From assembly GCF_009914755.1 (NCBI RefSeq), contig NC_060929.1: a stretch of 64,000 nucleotides of DNA. One strand, given 5' to 3'. This DNA comes from the human T2T-CHM13v2.0 reference genome, Homo sapiens. Shown here piece by piece: positions 56,461 through 64,000 of the stretch; position 1 is the stretch's first letter, and each line of letters starts with the position of its first letter. Made by a program: the position numbers and the translations under genes. Below the pieces are notes generated by a model. It searched no databases, was not told the DNA's origin, and saw nothing but the letters and a program-made list of their open reading frames with translations.

Positions 56461-56667
56461 TCATATCCTTCGGAATAAAAAATTCTCAGGTGTTTGGAAA
56501 GTTATTGAATGAATAGAATCCCAGAATCTTATCTGAAAATCCTATCTCATATTTCAAATCCTGTGCAGCAGGATTTTAAAGAAGAAAATCAGTACTTAAA
56601 TCAGTATGTTAATAAATTAAAAGGCTTATCAATTTCAGAAAGAATCCAAATTATATTTATCGTTATC

Positions 56668-56945
56668 TTTTCTTTTCCTTAAAATTATTTTCAGACAAGA
56701 TCTTGCTCTGTCATCCAGGCAGGAGTGCAGTGGCACGATCATGGCTCACTGCAGACTTGAACTCCTGGGCTTAAGCAATCCTCCTGCCTTAGCCTCCTGA
56801 GTAGCTGGGAGTGTAGGCACATGCCATCATGCCTGGCTCATTTTTAAATGTTTTGTAGCGGCAGGGTCTTGCTTTGTTGTCCAGGCTGGCCTTGAACTCA
56901 TGGCCTTAAGAAGTCCTCCTACCTCAGCCTCCCAAAATGTTGATA
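56668..56945 (-). mobile_element. AluJ
   Basis: cacgatcatggctcactgcag...ctcctgggcttaagcaatcctcc. Confidence 0.9.
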
Positions 56946-58752
56946 GTAATAGACGGAGGATATTCAAAGCTATATCTTTTAAGTAATATTCTCATTTGTC
57001 TTCAATAATGTGTTTCAGCATATGGCATATATACTCTTGTTACTTTAGTCAACTTTACTAATAATGAAAATAACCACTGTGCTGGTCCAGTGGCACCACT
57101 TCCTTTTTCATCTCCTTTGTATTCTTCAGGTTACATCTTCAGTGTCAGGAAGAAAAGCCTTCTGTCTCTCTCTCTCCTTGTGATTAGGTTAAATCTTATT
57201 GGAGTTTTCTCATACCATTGCAACTGCAGTTTTACACATTTAGATATGACTATGGAAGATATGACCTTCATGAAGACTTTTGGTGTCATGGATGTAGATG
57301 GGTGCTCATGGAATATTTCTCAGTCGAATACACGAGTTAATAAATGAATGAGTTTGGGCTTCACAATTAAATTGGAGGTTTAGATAAGAAAACCTCAGAG
57401 AACAAAACATGTATAATATTTTCTAATTGATTTATGTGTCTGCCACTCTGGCAGATGATGAATTCAACATGACCTTTGTACTTGAAGTGTTCATGTTAAT
57501 CTAAAGCATTCCTTATTGTTTTCAGGGCTACCTGAGAATCCTAGAACATTTATGAATATTATAATTGAAATACTTAGGAATGAATTTCTCTCCCAGCAGG
57601 TTCTTCATATCCCCTTCTTATTCCTTATTATCTTCTTACTTCTTATTACTGTGATAAAATGACCCTGTGCTTTATATAAAGCCATAACTTATACCGAGAG
57701 TTTTAAATGCAGCAGAATCTCAGTGGAAATAGGATGATACAATTTTTTCCCCCCAAAGCACAGTGGAGAGCAGGAGAAAAGCCAAGGACCACTACCCAAT
57801 GAAAGAATAATCAGTCTTTTATCCTGATGAGATAGTACCTTTATCCCTTCTCTTAATGGATTGAGAACCCACTGGAAAAACTAAAAGTGAACCAGAAAAA
57901 TCTCAAAAGGAAGCCATGGGACCAGGAGTTCCTTGAAAGTGTTCAGGGAAAGGAAAGAAAAGGATTAGAAGAGTAGATGTTTAATAAACTATGCCAGCCA
58001 AAATGATCTTTAACTTTGAATTAGTTAGCTAAAAATGTACCAAATAAATGTATTCAAGACCTGTTTCCCTTCCCCTAGGGAAGAGTTAGAGCAGGATTTT
58101 ACCTTGTTTTACAAAAAAGAAAAGTTTATTTTGAAAAAAATTCCAACCTTGCCTCCTCCGAACTATAGTGAAAAGATAATTTTCCACATCCCTTTGTTCA
58201 GGAAATGAGGACACAGTGGTGTCATTGGGTTTTGATTGTCCACTTGGAAAAGGTTAAAACCTGTCCTACAGTCATGATGACTTCAGTTCCATTTAAGTGG
58301 GGTCCTGTCTCTCTCACTCTCCACCGACTGTACCTTTACTATAACATGGCCTTATATAGATAGCTTTGAGTAAGTGTGTGTTAAATGACTGCCCAAGTGA
58401 ATGGAAAATTGAGAAGGGCCTCCAGCACTGGAGTATGGAAAGGAGCACTGGGTTCATTGACTCTTTGGATTTCTCCCTTGCTACGTAAGTCCGTTCCCTA
58501 AAGGACATGGATCTTGACAGTGTTGGAATCTTCAGAAATAATTGCAATACCAGAAGTTATTTAAGATTTTACCATTTTCAAAGTATTTGTACGTAACACT
58601 TTCATATGTTTTTGTTTCCTAGCTACCTCAGTTTCCCTGTTGGCTTGAGCAGATTAGTGTAAAGAGGTGGTGACATCAGGGGAAACAGGTTTACTCAGCC
58701 ATCTTCATTACCATATTATCACTGACTTGAGGCTCCTCCCACATGCATTCCT

Positions 58753-58996
58753 TAAGAGGTTATTGTGGGTCACCCAAATTATTTACAGCCATCTATATTA
58801 TCAATATATTGAAACACAAGTGTGCTCTATGGAATAAATCTTAGGCTTGAATGTGATTATATGGGCCTCTGTTGAAATGCAGATTCAGATCTATTGAAAG
58901 ATCTGAGATGGGCCAAGATGGGATGGACATATTTTTAATAAGCTCCTAAAAGTGAGCTGATGCTGCGGGACTATGGACCATATTTTGAGTATCAGT
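58753..58996. mobile_element. MER5A-like hAT-Charlie MITE carrying an inserted 81-bp segment
   Basis: aaatgcagattc...ttttaataagctcc...gctgatgctgc...ggaccatattttgagta. Confidence 0.6.
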
Positions 58997-59710
58997 ATCA
59001 AGTTGCTAGGACATAAGAGGTCTCGGTTCAGCTGAGGCCTGTTGGTTTCTACTCTGCCTGACACATTGTTGACAGGATAACATCATCACCCACTGGATGA
59101 GTAAAAGTTCCATTAACTTGCAAAAAGGATAGATAGCATGACTCATGGAACCTGTCTTCATTTAAAATTAGTGAAGTAAACTAGACTAAATAGTCATCCA
59201 TTTTTAAAAGTCCAAATATTAGGCATTCTGGTGAGAAACATTAGTCTTTGATGGTTCACTTGTTCAAGAAAATAGTGGGATTTAAGTCTTAAATCATTAC
59301 TTGTCCTCTTTCCTTTATACCAAGGCCCAGAAGTGCCAGAATCAGCTTCTGGAAAAAGTAATTGCACTGGTTTAGGGGTGAAAAGGTAGTATTTTTTATC
59401 TGTTGCTACTATGCTGAAAAGTGAACTTACCTTTAAATGGTTTTCCTCTTTGAAATTCTCTGAGAGGATAAAGCTTCTCTGTAGCAAAAGCCAAGTTTCA
59501 TCTAACTATTGATTATTCTGTAGATAACTTCATTCACAGTTGGGAGACAAGATAATAAGTTTAAAGATAAAAACTTCTTTCCTTGAGTAGCCTGTGGTTT
59601 CTAATCGTAAATTTTTGTTTGATCCCACTATTGTGGGTCACCCAAATTATTTACAGCCATCTATATTATCAATATAATGAAAACACAAGTGTGCTCTGTG
59701 GAATAAATCT
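58761..59710. repeat. Dispersed ~81-bp direct repeat (58761-58841 and 59629-59710)
   Basis: tattgtgggtcacccaaattatttacagccatc...tggaataaatct twice, about 3 differences. Confidence 0.97.
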
Positions 59711-62182
59711 GTAATGCAGTGAAATTGGAGACTTAATTTGAGCAACTACAAGGAAATAAACATACTGTGATCTAAATTTACTAAACAATGCTTTAAGGCA
59801 AGTATTTAAATTGGTAAGAATTGGATTGGTTTTCTCTTAACTGTTTGCAGTCTCTTGACTATTGCTTATATTTAATAACTGAATATTTGTGTTGGGGCAT
59901 AATTACTCAAAATTACGTTTTTCTTCCTGCGAATACAATGTTAATGTAGTAATGCTAACTCAGCTACTCTTTCATAAACTTCCATGTCTTTTTTTAATCT
60001 GGCAAAAGCCTTCTCTCAGGATAATCATTATGCTCGGTAATCCTCACCGTCATACTTGAAGTAGTTAATAGATAATCCTCCAAGCAGCACTCCAGATCCA
60101 TCTGAGTACCCAGTAAAACACTTCTTGATGCTATTGGAGTTTTCTGAATTTCTTTATCTGGGAGACAATGGAAATTCCATGGAGAATTTCTTCTATTAGA
60201 ATGTATATTCAAATCTTACATTGTTTGAGTACCCTCTTCTAATCTTAAATATGGTTTCCAGATGTGAATTGACTTTACAGATTTTTAATCTTGGAGTCCT
60301 TAATGAACACAGATTAAAGATTTGACAGCCTACGTTGTTGACTCCCTCTCCACTCATTTCTTTTTCTTAAAAGAATGATAAAATGGAACGGGTTTCATAT
60401 AGTTATTGTTAATAATAGGAGACTGTTCTGGTAGTGGCTATAAGGATATGTATAAGTGGATGGATTGAAGAAACATTTACTGCAAAATTATCAGAAATTG
60501 GTGTTGATTGGATGTGTGGGATACGGATCATGGTACATCAGTAAAATAAAGTTATGCTTTGGCATAGTGAATTTGGTTATCTGGGGATAAAGTTTTTAAT
60601 TCTTCAAACAAAAAGAAAATGCTTTTTATCTGAATTCTCTTTATAATTATTTATTTGCTCCCCTTTGCATAGTTTTCATAAGTGGCATGCAATATATATG
60701 GATTTCTAATTATGTAACTCCATTTACAGTTTGAATAACTATTTTAGAAGTGACTTTGACTAATAAGATTGGTTCTTTTAAAATCTGGAAAATTCATGAG
60801 GTTGTTAAAGAGATAAAGTTAGTTTGGAAAGGCCATTTAAATAATGTGTTGATTAATATATCCAAAATAAACTATTTGCTTTTCTGCGTAGATATAGCTA
60901 CATCCTACAAAAATCTTGCTTCACTCAAGGGGCTTCAGATAGGGTACCTGCTGAGTTTTTTGTTGTTGTTGGTCAGTAACATGGTTATATACAAGCATTT
61001 AGAAATTCTTCGTTTCTTATTTAGAACCTAAGATCCTTTTGTATCATAATTTTGTTTTAAAACTTCAAGAATTTGACCTAGTTCTTATAGTTCTGACTCA
61101 CAAAAATAATGGCCGTAATTGGGGAGTTATAATCATTTTAGCTTGGAAAGATAAACTATTACATTTTTCTGGTTTTGACAACTGACCTTCTTAATAAAAT
61201 GACATGAAGTTTTCCTGCAGAAATGTAATTTAAAAACTGATGAAAATGTATTCCTATTTACTTGTACTATTTATGTAAGTATTCGTTTGCTTTTTCTTTA
61301 GAAATAAAAGGAACATCTCTTAACTTTTAAAAAATAACATTTAACATCAATTAAATCTTTTTTAATTACACTAAGAAAGGACAATAAATTAAGTTTTTTT
61401 TAAAAAAGATAAGTATTACATCACAGTTGATCACATAATTGCAGTAATTTACTTATCATGTGACAATAAATAACTTGATCTGTGATCCCTGATAAAGCAT
61501 AACAGTAGAAAAATCCTTTGATGGGATAAATATGTTTCTGTTTTATAGGTGACCTCTAGAAACTATCACCTTTAATCTCACACCTGCCTGGAGAGTTGAA
61601 AGTAGTCTGAAATGATGATTTTCAGGGCTTCTCATTTTGATATGTGATTTTCTAGGGCGTTTTTATTTTCTAAAAAGTATTTGAAATTCATTCTAAGTCA
61701 AAATGCCCTGATTCACTCAAAACTTAGAAGATGAGGCTCTTGCTTTTGACATCTTAGTCTTAGCACTACTAGAAAATGTATAAAATCTGTAATTCCATTG
61801 CTGTAACACTGCTCTTTCCCTCCACTTAGATTCATTTTCTACTTACTTTAACAAATATATTAGAAATTGTGTTTTTAATTAGTGTAGTGTCAGCATTCTT
61901 TAATTCTCCTGTAGAGCTAATTGAGGTATCACATAGTACTTAGTGCAAAAACAACCATTAGGTAAACACGTCCGTTACACAGAAGAGGAAGTGGTGAGGA
62001 AAATATCTGTCTTTAATTCTCCTATCGTTCCTTAAGTGCTTCCTCTGTGCTGGGCACATGGCTGTAGTGGTGACAGGGCTGCCTGGAACCCTGTCCTCAT
62101 GGAGCTTGGCATCTAAGTGAGACCAGCAGACAGAGAGTTGTACAAACAAACCAGATAATTACAGAAGATAAAAAGTGTTATA

Positions 62183-62478
62183 GGCCAGGTGATGTGGCTC
62201 GTGCCTGTAATCCCAGCACTTTGGGAGGCTGAGGCGGCAGCATCACTTGAGCCCAAGAGCTCAAGACCAGCTTGGGCAACATGGTGAAACCTAATCTCTA
62301 CAGAAAACACAAACAATAGAGGGGTGTGGCAGCCTGCACCTTAAGTCCCAGCTACTTGGGAGGCGGAGGTGGGGAGATCGCTTGAGCCCAAGAAATTGAG
62401 GCTAAATGAGCCATGATCACACCACTGCACTCCAGCCTGGGTGACGGAGTGAGACCGTGTCTCAAAAAAAAAAAAAAA
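62183..62478 (+). mobile_element. AluJ
   Basis: Full dimer with A tail; approximate TSD aaaagt(g/c)tt(a/g)ta. Confidence 0.92.
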
Positions 62479-62876
62479 GTCTTGTAAAGGCAGATTAACA
62501 TGATGATATCATAATCACTGGGAAATGCTATTTCTGATTAAGAAATAATTTGTCTTCATCATTTATTCTGTATGGATATGAGAGATGATATTTGAACTGT
62601 CCTGCTCAATGAGATCATTTCTTGGAGGTCTCCTTAGGGGGGTTTGATTTCTTCCTTGAAGGATTCATGATTATTATTACTGCCACAGCTTATTCATCAT
62701 TCCACACATACTTATTGAGGGCCTGATGTATTTCAGCCTCTATTCTCGCTTGGGAGAACAAAGCTGTGAAATCCCCTGATCTCAGTGAATTTGCCATGTG
62801 TTCTCTACTGTTTTAATAAAACCCACTTTCCAGGCTCTTCAGTTGTATAATGGTCTAACTCTATACATTCGTTTTC

Positions 62877-63056
62877 CAACCTGGGCAATGCAGGGAGACC
62901 CTATCCCTACAAAAAATTTAAAAGTTAGCCAGGTGTGGTGTTGTGCACCTGTGGTCCGAGCTACTCTGGAGGCTGAGGTGGGAGGATTGTTTGATCCCAG
63001 GAGGTCGAGGCTGCAGTGATCACTGCACTCTAGCCTGGATGATAAAATGAGACCCT
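62877..63056 (+). mobile_element. 5'-truncated AluJ fragment
   Basis: cctgggcaat...gaggtgggaggattg...gaggctgcagtga...gagaccc. Confidence 0.85.
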
Positions 63057-63689
63057 TTTTTTTTTTTAAATTTCATTCTTCCAACATGAATTTTCCATAT
63101 TTAAACATGATTTGTAGGAGAAAGCACCTGCTATATACAGCAAGATATAAAATTCAATTGATTACTTATTATGATCTATTTTATTGTTGCTAATCTTTTG
63201 ACATGTATTTAACATTTGTTTAACTTGTTTTCTTAATTCACATTCAGTCTTTTTTTTGCAGTAAGAAATTGTCCAGCTTGTGCACTAGCAGAGAGGTTGC
63301 CAAATCTGCCTTAAGCTGGAGAGTTTAGCTTCCTTTACCCTTTGAAACTTGAGGCACATCTAAGTCCCGAGAGATGTGATATTTATTACTTCTTGTGGCT
63401 AGCTCTTGTGTATAGATATCCTCACAATTTTCCTTGGTATATGTAGATCCTGGTCACCAATCTGACAGTCAAAAAAGGCCACTTAACTATCTTCTGTCAG
63501 GACATAATCAGAAAATGTTGTTGATTTTTCTGCCGTCTTTGAGAAACTGCTCTGACCAAGATATAATTACCTAAGTGAGCACGTGCTCACTTACCTTATT
63601 TGAATCTTCACTCCTTATATGCTCACCTCTAAACACTTGCAGTGATAATTTTAACATTTTATTTCTGAAAGTGATTTCTTTACTCTACC

Positions 63690-63991
63690 CTCCCCCAAAT
63701 GGTAGCCACTAGCCAAAAGTGGCTTTCGAGCACTTAAAATGTGACTGGATTGAGACGTGCTGTAAGTGTTAAAGTACACACTGGATTTGAAAGACTTAGT
63801 GTAATAAAAAGAATGTAACATATCTCATGAACATTGTCATATTGATTGTATATTGGAATGATAGTGTTTTGGCTGTATGGGACTAAATAAGGTATATTAT
63901 TAAAACTGATTTCATCTACTCTTTACCTTTTTAATGTGACGATTTAAAATTGCCAACGTAGCTTGCAATATATTTCTTTTGGACAGTACTG
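63690..63991. mobile_element. MER33-like hAT-Charlie element
   Basis: ggtagccactagcca...gagcacttaaaatgtg...acacactggattt...ttggacagtactg. Confidence 0.75.
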
Positions 63992-64000
63992 CTTTAAAAT

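Noticed and set aside
58314-58547. 77-aa minus-strand ORF
   Set aside because: No recognisable domain or splice context; length expected by chance

Overview
Primate (almost certainly human) genomic DNA containing the 5' end of PARP8 on the + strand. It includes a CpG-island promoter (~25.5-27.2 kb), coding exon 1 (26262-26352, MGMCSRQERIQKDIDVVIQKSRAEKDCLFA), coding exon 2 (27237-27291) and at least 36 kb of the following intron. The upstream 25 kb is repeat-dense: about 16 Alus, an MLT1B LTR, a two-LTR MER31 provirus with nested MST/Alu insertions, DNA-transposon fossils, a 1.5 kb AT-rich palindromic tract and a 0.5 kb CT tract. The intron holds a full-length THE1A inserted inside an AluJ, an MLT2A solo LTR, L2/L1/MIR fossils and several small insertions. 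Nearly all ORFs in the supplied track are repeat- or low-complexity-derived. I see no convincing wholly new biological system. The best leads are a 14-proline uORF in frame with PARP8 and separated from it by a single stop, an 81-bp locally templated insertion, a polyadenylated MER41 micro-retrocopy, and an NF-kB/RFX/C/EBP motif cluster in intron 1. Gene and repeat names come from recalled sequences, not database searches; repeat boundaries are approximate.
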